Source: Bryobacteraceae bacterium (GTDB taxonomy: Bacteria; Acidobacteriota; Terriglobia; Bryobacterales; Bryobacteraceae). Taken from it: 64,000 nucleotides of DNA. Below the pieces are notes generated by a model, which made no database searches, was not told the DNA's origin, and saw nothing but the letters and a program-made list of their open reading frames with translations. The DNA lies in NCBI GenBank assembly GCA_963801345.1, contig CAWDER010000010.1, forward strand, positions 61,325 through 125,324. Reading direction: 5' to 3'. A program made the translations under genes and the position numbers. How positions within the stretch are numbered: the first letter of the stretch is position 1; each line of letters opens with the position of its first letter. This document shows positions 49,639-57,558 of this stretch, piece by piece.

Positions 49639-49643
49639 AGCAT

Positions 49644-50123
49644 TTATACGGTTAAGTCGTTCTCGGACTTTATATCCACGGCGTTCTGTAAAATCCTTTC
49701 AAACATCGCCGCCGCGGTGGCGATCACGATCGAACCCAAGGTAATGAGGACACCCATGAAAACCCCGCCTGCGGCATCATCACTACCGTGGGTCAACATG
49801 ATGAAAATTTCTTCCACCACAACAAAACCAATGATGGCTAGTGCGCAATATTTTATAGTCCGCAGAGCTTTTACGGCCGCTTGCGAGAATACCTTATTTT
49901 GTCCGGCATATCCCAACACCTTGAACGCCTGATAGAGTGCTGCGAAAAAAGGAATAGATCCTATGTAGACAAGCGCTAGGAAGGGATCTTTGAAGTATAT
50001 TTCAAAGTTCGTGGCGTGCGCGTTTCTGCCCTCAATGTGGGGTTCCCAAAGCAGGAGAGCAAGAGCGCCGATGCCGATGAGCACAATGACCACCTGAAGA
50101 AATATTGTTGAGCTTCTTTTCAT
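49644..50123 (-). CDS. DUF2975-family membrane protein
   Basis: 159 aa with four hydrophobic helices. Shows the typical two-gene pairing with the downstream small HTH gene. AT-rich. Confidence 0.7.
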   Translation of the reverse strand: MKRSSTIFLQVVIVLIGIGALALLLWEPHIEGRNAHATNFEIYFKDPFLALVYIGSIPFFAALYQAFKVLGYAGQNKVFSQAAVKALRTIKYCALAIIGFVVVEEIFIMLTHGSDDAAGGVFMGVLITLGSIVIATAAAMFERILQNAVDIKSENDLTV

Positions 50124-50134
50124 GGTTGGTTCCC

Positions 50135-50163
50135 AGCTTAATCTATTGCTTATCGTTTGTCAA
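50135..50163 (-). promoter_or_regulatory. candidate sigma70-type promoter of the DUF2975-HTH pair
   Basis: On the minus strand: TTGACA (50163-50158), 17 nt, TAAGCT (50140-50135), 11 nt, ATG. Confidence 0.35.
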
Positions 50164-50214
50164 TACGTATTTATCGTTATTTGCGGATAAGGGTGGCAGA
50201 AGCTTTTTGCTTCG

Positions 50215-50343
50215 CCCCTTTCCCTCGTACGAGATAGGCGGTCAGAGCGGCCCGGACCGGTCAAGGGCGCAACTAGTCGGCGCGGCGAAGCGAACCCTTG
50301 ACGGGGAGGACCGCTCTGGAAGTTCAGGACTGAGGGAAAGGGG
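50215..50343. other. 129-bp nested imperfect palindrome with 12-bp perfect terminal inverted repeats
   Basis: CCCCTTTCCCTC (50215-26) pairs with GAGGGAAAGGGG (50332-43). Inner pairings are CAGAGCGG/CCGCTCTG and GTCAAGGG/CCCTTGAC. Confidence 0.6.
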
Positions 50344-50401
50344 CGTCCAGGTGGGCCTGCTACCAACTACAAAGCCGGAATTCCCAAGTTCTGAGTTCCC
50401 G

Positions 50402-51547
50402 TCAGGCCAGCAGTTCCTGGGCCCGGATCAAGCGCGCGCGCACCTCCACCCCGTTGGGGCAACGCACCGAGCACGTCGCGCAGTCGGCGCAGCGAATTTG
50501 CCGGGCCTGTTCGTCCAGCTCGAGGAAGCTCTGCCGGGCCAGCGGGAAGTCGCGGTAGCCTTCCGCGTAAGTCAGGAAACGCAGCGTATCGGCCACGGGG
50601 ACACCCTTGTCGCAGACGCCGCCGCAGGCCCCGCACATGCGGCAGTAGATCGGGCGCAAGAACGCCAGCTTCGCCCCCAGCAACTTCTGGTCGTTTTGAG
50701 AGTAAGGCTGCGAGAGCGCCTGGACATTCGCTTCCACCTGGTCGTAGTCCGCCATGCACACGGCGGAAGTGTCCACCGATTCGTTGCGCAACGCCCAACG
50801 GATGGCGGCCGTCATGGCCCCGGGCTGCTTCAGGGTGCTGCTGAGCGCCGCGGGGCTTCCCTCGAAACGCGGTGCGCTGTTCTCTATCCTGGAGAAACCG
50901 CCGGCCAGCACTTTCATGGCGACGATCCCCATGCCCGCCCGGCGCGCCGCGCGAATCGACTCCGTCACCTCGGGCTGGAACGTGAAGTTGTAGCCGGTTA
51001 GCACCACATCGCAGCCGCCGACCTTCAGCATGTGCGCCAGCATCACCGGCACGTTCAGGTGACTGGTGATTCCGACAAACCGTACTTTCCCGGATTTCTT
51101 GGCCTCCTGCAAAACTCCCAGCAGCTCATCCGTGACGTCCTTGGGATCGACCTTGCCGTGCAACTGCCAAATGTCGATGTAGTCCGACTGGAGATCGCGC
51201 AAGCTGGCGTCCAGGTCCGCCAGGGCATCCTGCCTGGTTTTCGCGGCGGTCTTGCCGGCGATGATGACGTTCTTCCGCTGCTCCTTCAACGCCACGCCGA
51301 TCAGACGCTCGTTGTTGGCGTACATGCGCCCTGTGTCGAAGTAGTTGATCCCCAGGTCGAAGGCGCGCCGCATCACTCCGGCCTCGGTCGTACCGCGGCC
51401 GCCGAACCCCAGCGGCGTCACTTTCAGCCCGGTCTTGCCGAGTGTGCGCCGGCTCATGCCAACGGGCTTCTCCGATTGCGCGGCGGCGAGCGCCGGAAGA
51501 CCCAGACCGGCGGTCAGAAAGCCACGGCGGGATGCCATGATATCCAT
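50402..51547 (-). CDS. aldo/keto reductase fused to a Cys-rich Fe-S-binding C-terminus, Tat signal
   Basis: MDIMASRRGFLTAGLGLPALAAA. AKR core present. The C-terminus carries CRMCGACGGVC and CADCATCSVRCP motifs. Confidence 0.8.
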   Translation of the reverse strand: MDIMASRRGFLTAGLGLPALAAAQSEKPVGMSRRTLGKTGLKVTPLGFGGRGTTEAGVMRRAFDLGINYFDTGRMYANNERLIGVALKEQRKNVIIAGKTAAKTRQDALADLDASLRDLQSDYIDIWQLHGKVDPKDVTDELLGVLQEAKKSGKVRFVGITSHLNVPVMLAHMLKVGGCDVVLTGYNFTFQPEVTESIRAARRAGMGIVAMKVLAGGFSRIENSAPRFEGSPAALSSTLKQPGAMTAAIRWALRNESVDTSAVCMADYDQVEANVQALSQPYSQNDQKLLGAKLAFLRPIYCRMCGACGGVCDKGVPVADTLRFLTYAEGYRDFPLARQSFLELDEQARQIRCADCATCSVRCPNGVEVRARLIRAQELLA

Positions 51548-51559
51548 ACAATGCCCCCC

Positions 51560-53002
51560 TTACTCGAAGTACACATTATCCTTCACCAGGGCCTTGCGCA
51601 GGTCGCCATAGGCGAGCTCGCGCGTGCCGCAGTTCTTTGCCGCGCACAGCGCCGCCGCGGTTCCCACCGCCTGGCCCTGCCCCATGCAGCTTACGGTGTT
51701 GCGTGTGGACATGTGGGCGTCGTGATTGGAGGTGATCAGCATGCCCGCCACCAGCAGGTTCTCCAATCCCGCGGGCCGCAAGGCGCGGTACGGGATGCCG
51801 TAGGTTCCGCCGCCGCCGACCTGGAGCCGGGGCGCGGAGTCATGGAATCCGTAGACGAAAACGTCGTCGTCGAAGTGCCGGGCTTTGAGGATGTCGGGGA
51901 GCGTGATGTCGTAGTCGCACGCGATCAGCCGCCCCCTGCGGATGCTGAATGAGGGACTGGTCCTGGCGATGAAGGCCCTCTCACAACCGGGCACGTGCTT
52001 CTTCATCAGCTCGACCGCCTGGGCCTGGCGCTGGCGCAGTTCCAGCTCGGTCTTCGCGGACGCATCGCGGTTGGTGGGGCTGACGGGCATCTGCAGGTTC
52101 AGTTTGATGAACATCATGTAGTTGTCGTGCACCGTGGTGGTGATCATCGACAGCCCGAGCTTCCTCGCTTCGGCGTTGAATTCATCCGAAAACGACACCG
52201 ACTCGCCTCCGAACCGAACGATCTGATCGTCCTTCCCGCTGCGCCGCCCGCGCGCAAATTGCGTCAGGCTGTTCTTGGACTTGAGGAAATCGCACATCTT
52301 CTCGATGTCCACGTTCCCGATGCCGATGCTATTGGCGACCGCGTAGTCGTTCGGTTCGGTGAACTTCGCGCCCGCGTGCGCGGCGAGGTCTCCGAAACCG
52401 GTGGAGTCCACAAACGCCCTGGCGTAGATGGCTTCCCGCCCGGAGCGGCTCTCGGCGATCACGCCCGTCAGCCGCGAGCCCGATCTGATCGCCCCGGCCA
52501 GGAATGTGTTGACCCAGACCGTAACGCCGGCCTCGGCCAGCATCTGCATCGTCACCAGCTTGTACATCTCGGTGTCGATGGCGGTGCAGACGGAATCGTA
52601 ATCGTAGTGGGCCAGCATTTCGGCATGGCCTGTGCAGCCCCCCACGCGCATGAGGCGATCGACAATCTCTTGCGGGATCCCCTTGACCACCTGACGTTTC
52701 TGTACGCCGGGGAATCCCTTCCAAAGATTGAAGAAGCTGTGCAGAGCGGTTCCGCCTTCGACGGCCACGCCGCCCGTGTAGCCCTTGGTTTCAAGCAGCA
52801 CGGTTCGCGCGCCTTGCCGGGCGGCGGCGAGGGCTGCCACCACGCCGGCCGTTCCGCCGCCGGCAACCACGACGTCGAACCTGCGGACCGGCAGCTTCCT
52901 GGCAGCCTCCTGATAGGCTTCCGGGTCCTGCGCGCGGGTTGGATCCGCGAACGCGCCCAGGCCCAAGGCAAGACTCCGTTTGGAGAAATCCCGACGGTTC
53001 AT
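51560..53002 (-). CDS. FAD-dependent oxidoreductase, Tat signal
   Basis: MNRRDFSKRSLALGLGAFA. The dinucleotide-binding motif is DVVVAGGGTAGVVAALAAA. Confidence 0.8.
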   Translation of the reverse strand: MNRRDFSKRSLALGLGAFADPTRAQDPEAYQEAARKLPVRRFDVVVAGGGTAGVVAALAAARQGARTVLLETKGYTGGVAVEGGTALHSFFNLWKGFPGVQKRQVVKGIPQEIVDRLMRVGGCTGHAEMLAHYDYDSVCTAIDTEMYKLVTMQMLAEAGVTVWVNTFLAGAIRSGSRLTGVIAESRSGREAIYARAFVDSTGFGDLAAHAGAKFTEPNDYAVANSIGIGNVDIEKMCDFLKSKNSLTQFARGRRSGKDDQIVRFGGESVSFSDEFNAEARKLGLSMITTTVHDNYMMFIKLNLQMPVSPTNRDASAKTELELRQRQAQAVELMKKHVPGCERAFIARTSPSFSIRRGRLIACDYDITLPDILKARHFDDDVFVYGFHDSAPRLQVGGGGTYGIPYRALRPAGLENLLVAGMLITSNHDAHMSTRNTVSCMGQGQAVGTAAALCAAKNCGTRELAYGDLRKALVKDNVYFE

Positions 53003-53113
53003 GTGCGACCTCTTTCTGCAAGGCTAAGCGAAGGTTTTTGCTGGAGAAGAACACTTTATACCATGCCGCGCCGTGTTGCCGCGCTTTGCCGCGGTTTATA
53101 CTACACAGGAACG

Positions 53114-54147
53114 ATGGCTGGTGACGATCAGATTATGCGCTGGCTCCTGGCCGGCGATCCGTCGATCCGGTGGCAGGTGATGCGGGACCTGGCCGGCACG
53201 GCGGGCCCGGAAGTCGAGGCGGAGCGGGCGCGGGTTTCCCTCAAGGGGTGGGGCCGGCAGGTCCTCGCGCTACAAGCCGTCGACGGGCGCTGGGCTGGTG
53301 GCCTGTATACGCCGAAGTGGACCTCGACAACCTACACTCTCCTGCTGCTGCGCTGGCTGGGGCTGGCCCGCGACGACCGCCGGGCCAGAACCGGCACGCT
53401 CCTGCTGCTCGATGCCGGGCTCTACCGGGACAACGGGATCAACCTGTGGCAGCCGCGAATCAGGCGCAGCGAGACTTGCGTCACCGGCATGGTGCTCGGG
53501 CTGGCCGGCCGGTTTGCCGCCGGCGACGACCGGCTGGAGCGGCTGACCGAATATCTACTCGAACAGCAGATGGCCGATGGAGGATGGAACTGCCAGCGCC
53601 CGCAAGGGGCCACACACAGCTCGCTCCACACCACCATCAACGTTCTGGAGGGGCTGCTCGAATACGAACACGCTGGGGGCAATCGGGCCGCCGAGACTCG
53701 CCAGGCACGCGAGCGGGCGCACGAGTTCCTGTACCGGCACCGGATGTTCCGGTCGCACCGGACCGGCGCGGTGATCGACGGCCGGATGACCCGTTTCACG
53801 TTTCCGCCGCAGTGGTACTACGACATTTTGCGCGGGCTGGATTACCTGCAGTCCGCGAGAGCCCCGTGCGATTCGCGGGTGAACGAGGCGATCGAATGGG
53901 TGAACCAGCGCCGGACTGCCGAGGGAACCTGGCTGGTGCGGAACGCGCACCCGGGCAAGGTCCACTTCGTCATGGAAGAGCCTGGACAGCCGAGCCGGTG
54001 GAATACCCTGCGCGCGATGCGGGTGCTGCGCTGGTGGAACAGCAGCCCACGTGGGGCAGACGATCGCAGTTCGTCGTCTGCCGATTCTGTGGACCTCGCA
54101 CCCGGCAGGCCACAGAAAGCGATGGCCTGCCCACGCCTCCCAAGTGA
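53114..54147 (+). CDS. prenyltransferase/squalene-oxidase-repeat (terpenoid-cyclase-fold) protein; 3' end unresolved
   Basis: Repeats such as QAVDGRWAGG, QQMADGGWN and RRTAEGTW. The start is 53063, 53114 or 53135. The homologous frame has no stop until 55825. The end given here is the first stop in the neighbouring frame. Confidence 0.5.
54051..54134. repeat. REPIN-like inverted doublet of hairpin modules
   Basis: Module a is GTGGGGCAGACGATCGCAGTTCGTCGTCTGCC. After a 21-nt spacer comes the inverted module GGCAGGCCACAGAAAGCGATGGCCTGCCCAC. Confidence 0.85.
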
Positions 54148-54175
54148 TCCAGGACGGGCGGTTTGGCCTGTCCTG

Positions 54176-55522
54176 TCAGGACCGCTGGCCGGCGGGCTTG
54201 TGCATCCTGGCGGCGAGCGCCTCGCGGCCTCGCGGAGGTTCGGCGGGCGCGGCGGCCGCTTCGGCTTCCGGCTCGGGCGCCTTCTTCGGGCGCGAATCCA
54301 GCCGGATCCGAATCAGCTCCTCCTTCGCCTTCTTGAACTTACTCGTGCCGGGCTCCAGTCCGGTGACCGCCACTTCTTTTTCGGTGACCTCCAGCGCCGC
54401 CGGCAGATACTTCTGGAAGTAGTTCCTGATTCTGTCCTGAACCACCCGGAGATTGGAGTTCACGTACAGAAGGAGGATCTGTTCCCCGGGGGCCGCCGAG
54501 AGAATCTTGTAGATCTGCGAAGCCTTCCTGAGCTTGGCCGACTTCAACTCCCCCTCGAGCTTCTTCGCTCCGGCTGCCAGGCGGCTGCCCAAGCCCGCCT
54601 CCGCCGCGCGCATCGCAGTCGACTTGGCCAGCGCGGCCCTTTCTTTGGGGGAGAGCTTCTCGGTCAGCAGAAAGAGGAAGAGGGCGAGGTTGTCGACAGG
54701 CAGGTCCGCTCCGAAGGGGACCAGTTGCCTGGCCTTGTGCAGGCGAGCGAAGCCGGCCAGGTTGAGCTTGAGGCCGACCAACGCCGGCGAGAACAGCGCC
54801 AGGAGTTTCTCCTGCTCCAGCAACTGCAAGACTTCGCCGGAGTTGGCTTCGGCGGCGATCTCAGCCAGCTCGGCAAACAGACGCCTGCCGGTGAGGCACT
54901 TCTCGAGTTCATCGAGCCGCACGTTTTCGTACTGCTGCTGGGTCCTGGGGTCGACGGTGAAGCCGAAGCGCACGCGGAAACGGATCAGCCTCAGGAGGCG
55001 CCCAGGGTCGTCATAAAGGGCGCGGCTGTAGACCGTGCGCAACTCGCGATGCTCCAGGTCGGCGAGACCGTTGGTGGGATCGAGGATCAGACCGAGAGAA
55101 GCCCGGTTCAGGCTCAGCGCGACCGCGTTGACCGTGAAATCCCGGCAGCGCAGGTCCTCGTGGATGGTGGCCGGCGTGATGATCGGGCGTCCGCCGATCT
55201 TCAGGTAGCGCTCCTGTCTGGCCATGGAGATCTCGGCGGTTGCGCCGCCGGGGAAAAGCATCTCGACGCTCCGCCGGTGCTCGTCCACGGCAGTCATTTC
55301 GGCTCCCGCTTCCTTGGCAACCGCCTTAGCGAGCTTCAGGGCGTTGCCTTCCACGGTGAAATCAAGATCCCGAATGGGGAAGCCGCCGAGCATGTCGCGA
55401 ACGGCGCCGCCAACCAGGAAAAGGTTCACGTTGGCTTGAGCCGCCGCGCGCTGGACTTGCTCAACGGCGCGGTTCTGACTCGCGCTAAGGTGACTCTCCA
55501 GCATGAACATGTAGTCGCTCAT
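54176..55522 (-). CDS. CCA-adding enzyme / poly(A) polymerase-family tRNA nucleotidyltransferase
   Basis: The head domain motif is LVGGAVRDMLGGFPIRDLDF. 448 aa with a Lys/Ala-rich tail. Confidence 0.8.
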   Translation of the reverse strand: MSDYMFMLESHLSASQNRAVEQVQRAAAQANVNLFLVGGAVRDMLGGFPIRDLDFTVEGNALKLAKAVAKEAGAEMTAVDEHRRSVEMLFPGGATAEISMARQERYLKIGGRPIITPATIHEDLRCRDFTVNAVALSLNRASLGLILDPTNGLADLEHRELRTVYSRALYDDPGRLLRLIRFRVRFGFTVDPRTQQQYENVRLDELEKCLTGRRLFAELAEIAAEANSGEVLQLLEQEKLLALFSPALVGLKLNLAGFARLHKARQLVPFGADLPVDNLALFLFLLTEKLSPKERAALAKSTAMRAAEAGLGSRLAAGAKKLEGELKSAKLRKASQIYKILSAAPGEQILLLYVNSNLRVVQDRIRNYFQKYLPAALEVTEKEVAVTGLEPGTSKFKKAKEELIRIRLDSRPKKAPEPEAEAAAAPAEPPRGREALAARMHKPAGQRS

Positions 55523-55562
55523 CTCAGTCGAATCCCCATCTCTGTGACTCCGATCGGCTTAG

Positions 55563-56462
55563 TCATGCCCGGGGATGGTGCTCCTCCACCGTCTTCTTCA
55601 GCCTCGATCGGAGAACGTGAGTGTAGATCTGGGTCGTGGAGATATCCGCATGACCCAGCATGGTCTGAACACTGCGCAGATCGGCGCCGCCCTCCAGTAG
55701 ATGGGTGGCAAACGTGTGGCGCATCACGTGTGGCGTCAGCCCATGAAAAATGCCGGCCTGCCGGCCGTGAACCGCCAGCAGCTTCCAGAAGGCCTGGCGG
55801 GTCAGCCGGCCGCCCCTGGCGGTAACGAACAGGTAGCGGCTGGCCCGCCCCCGCAAAAGACCCGGACGAGCCGATTCCAGGTACTGACTGACGGATTGCA
55901 GGGCAGTCCGGCCGACCGGGACAATGCGTTGCTTGCCACCCTTGCCTGTGATCCGCAATACTCCCATCTCGGGGTTGAGGTCGGAAAGCTCAACCTGGCA
56001 CAGTTCGGACACCCGCAGGCCGGCCGCATACAGCAATTCCAGCATGGCGCGATCGCGCACGCCGGTGAGTTTGGCGTTCTTCGGCGCCTCCACCAACTTA
56101 TTGATCTGCGAGGAGTTAAGGTACTTTGGCAGATTCGTCCACTGCTTTGGGGCCACCAGGAAGGCGGTGGGGTCCTCCACGATAGCACCCTCGCGCAGGA
56201 GGAAGCCACAGAAGCCTCTCAGGGTGGCTAAGTGCCTTGCAATGGAACGGCTTGCGAGCCCAGAACGGTAGAGGGAATCGATGTAGCGGCCCATCCCTTC
56301 GGGGCCGGGAAGCTGCCCCTCGCATTGATCGCCCAAGAAAGCGGTGAACTTCTCCAGGTCCCGGCGGTACGCGGCCAGCGAATTCTCGGCCAACCCCTTC
56401 TCAATTCGACAAAAATCGAGGTAGGCCTGAACCTGGCCGCTAATTGTGTCAACTCCAGGCAT
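55563..56462 (-). CDS. xerD: site-specific tyrosine recombinase XerD
   Basis: N-terminal FCRIEKGLAENSLAAYRRDL. Catalytic R...HxxR...Y residues present (LRVSEL, HVMRHTFATHLL, LGHADISTTQIYTH). Confidence 0.85.
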   Translation of the reverse strand: MPGVDTISGQVQAYLDFCRIEKGLAENSLAAYRRDLEKFTAFLGDQCEGQLPGPEGMGRYIDSLYRSGLASRSIARHLATLRGFCGFLLREGAIVEDPTAFLVAPKQWTNLPKYLNSSQINKLVEAPKNAKLTGVRDRAMLELLYAAGLRVSELCQVELSDLNPEMGVLRITGKGGKQRIVPVGRTALQSVSQYLESARPGLLRGRASRYLFVTARGGRLTRQAFWKLLAVHGRQAGIFHGLTPHVMRHTFATHLLEGGADLRSVQTMLGHADISTTQIYTHVLRSRLKKTVEEHHPRA

Positions 56463-56524
56463 CGTGCCAATGATACAATACCACCGGAATTGTTTGGAAC
56501 AAAATTCGGGAGGATCGGGTTCTT

Positions 56525-57007
56525 TTGGCGGCTTCGACCAACAAAAAAGTGATTGTGAAGCGGTTCGACCGCGAATCCGTCTCCGGTTATGTAACCCCGG
56601 GGACGTATTTGCGGCCGGAAGGAGTGGAATTGATCAGCGCCGGCGGGTCTATCTCCTTGCTGCCCTACAAGGACGTAAAAGCCGTTTGTTTTGTTAGAGA
56701 TTTCGACGGAGCTGCGCACGATCCGGAGCAGCGGCTCTTCCATGCCCGCCCCAAAATGGATGGGTTGTGGGTGCGCATGCTCTTCCGGGACGGGGAATTG
56801 ATGGACGGGTTGCTCCCCAACAGCCTGTTGGAGATGGACTCGGCCGGTTTCACGGTGGTGCCGCCGAATCCGTCCTCGAACAACCAGAGGGTGTTTGTCC
56901 CAAAGGGCGCTCTGCGGGAATTCCACGTCCTGGCGGTCATCGGCAGCCCCCTCCGCCCCCGCAAAGCCAAACCCGCCCCCAAGACCCAACTGGAATTGTT
57001 CGAGTAA
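56525..57007 (+). CDS. conserved hypothetical protein
   Basis: 160-aa ORF with coding-like composition. I cannot name a domain with confidence. Confidence 0.55.
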   Translation: MAASTNKKVIVKRFDRESVSGYVTPGTYLRPEGVELISAGGSISLLPYKDVKAVCFVRDFDGAAHDPEQRLFHARPKMDGLWVRMLFRDGELMDGLLPNSLLEMDSAGFTVVPPNPSSNNQRVFVPKGALREFHVLAVIGSPLRPRKAKPAPKTQLELFE

Positions 57008-57128
57008 CCAGGGACAGTACACTCAAACCCCGATTTCCAGATGGACTCGGCCGGTGGGCCTTCTTGCCCTCACGAGTTGGCTGGTGCACCTCAGGCGCCG
57101 AAGCCGGAGAGGAATTAGGATTGAGGAC

Positions 57129-57338
57129 ATGGGGCGAATCCACAAAACGGAAGCCGACGTGGCGCGGGACTTCGCCGCCGTCATCAAGCCGGTGCAAGGT
57201 CCGGGCCGTCCCATCGATGAATGCATCGCTCTCGCGAGGGCGCACGGCTCCGGTGCGACTCTGGATGAGGACTTCGCAGAGGATCTCGACGAGATCGTTG
57301 CCAACCGCCGGCCGCTCGACACATCGGCATGGGACTGA
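57129..57338 (+). CDS. small hypothetical protein with antitoxin-like acidic C-terminus
   Basis: 70 aa. The DEDFAEDLDEIVANRRPLDTSAWD tail resembles VapB-type antitoxin ends. No toxin gene follows. Confidence 0.3.
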   Translation: MGRIHKTEADVARDFAAVIKPVQGPGRPIDECIALARAHGSGATLDEDFAEDLDEIVANRRPLDTSAWD

Positions 57339-57339
57339 T

Positions 57340-57486
57340 TTCGGACTCCAGCACCGCGCAGCTATGGCTTCTTCGGTGCAGGGGGCCGAGGCGCTTCCCA
57401 GCAGGCGGCCACCACGTCCTGCCGTCCGTCGCCGTCCATGTCGGTCGCGTTTAACCGCATGCCTACCCCGACCACGTAATTCGGAT
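57340..57486 (-). pseudogene. C-terminal remnant of an FG-GAP repeat gene paralogous to 62935-64000
   Basis: Minus-strand translation is NYVVGVGMRLNATDMDGDGRQDVVAACWEAPRPPAPKKP*. The 76-nt core 57408-57483 matches 63081-63156 with about 4 mismatches. Confidence 0.55.
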
Positions 57487-57558
57487 TGCGAATTGGCTGC
57501 GCGAAGCCGCGAAGAACCCGATCACTGTACAATTTACTCATTCGAGTCGGAGGTGCCT

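Noticed and set aside
50215-50343. The long hairpin as SRP (4.5S), 6S or RNase P RNA.
   Set aside because: I find no SRP domain IV GGAA-tetraloop context and no RNase P GAGGAAAGUCCGG box. The size and loop pattern do not fit 6S RNA. It is kept only as an unclassified structured element.
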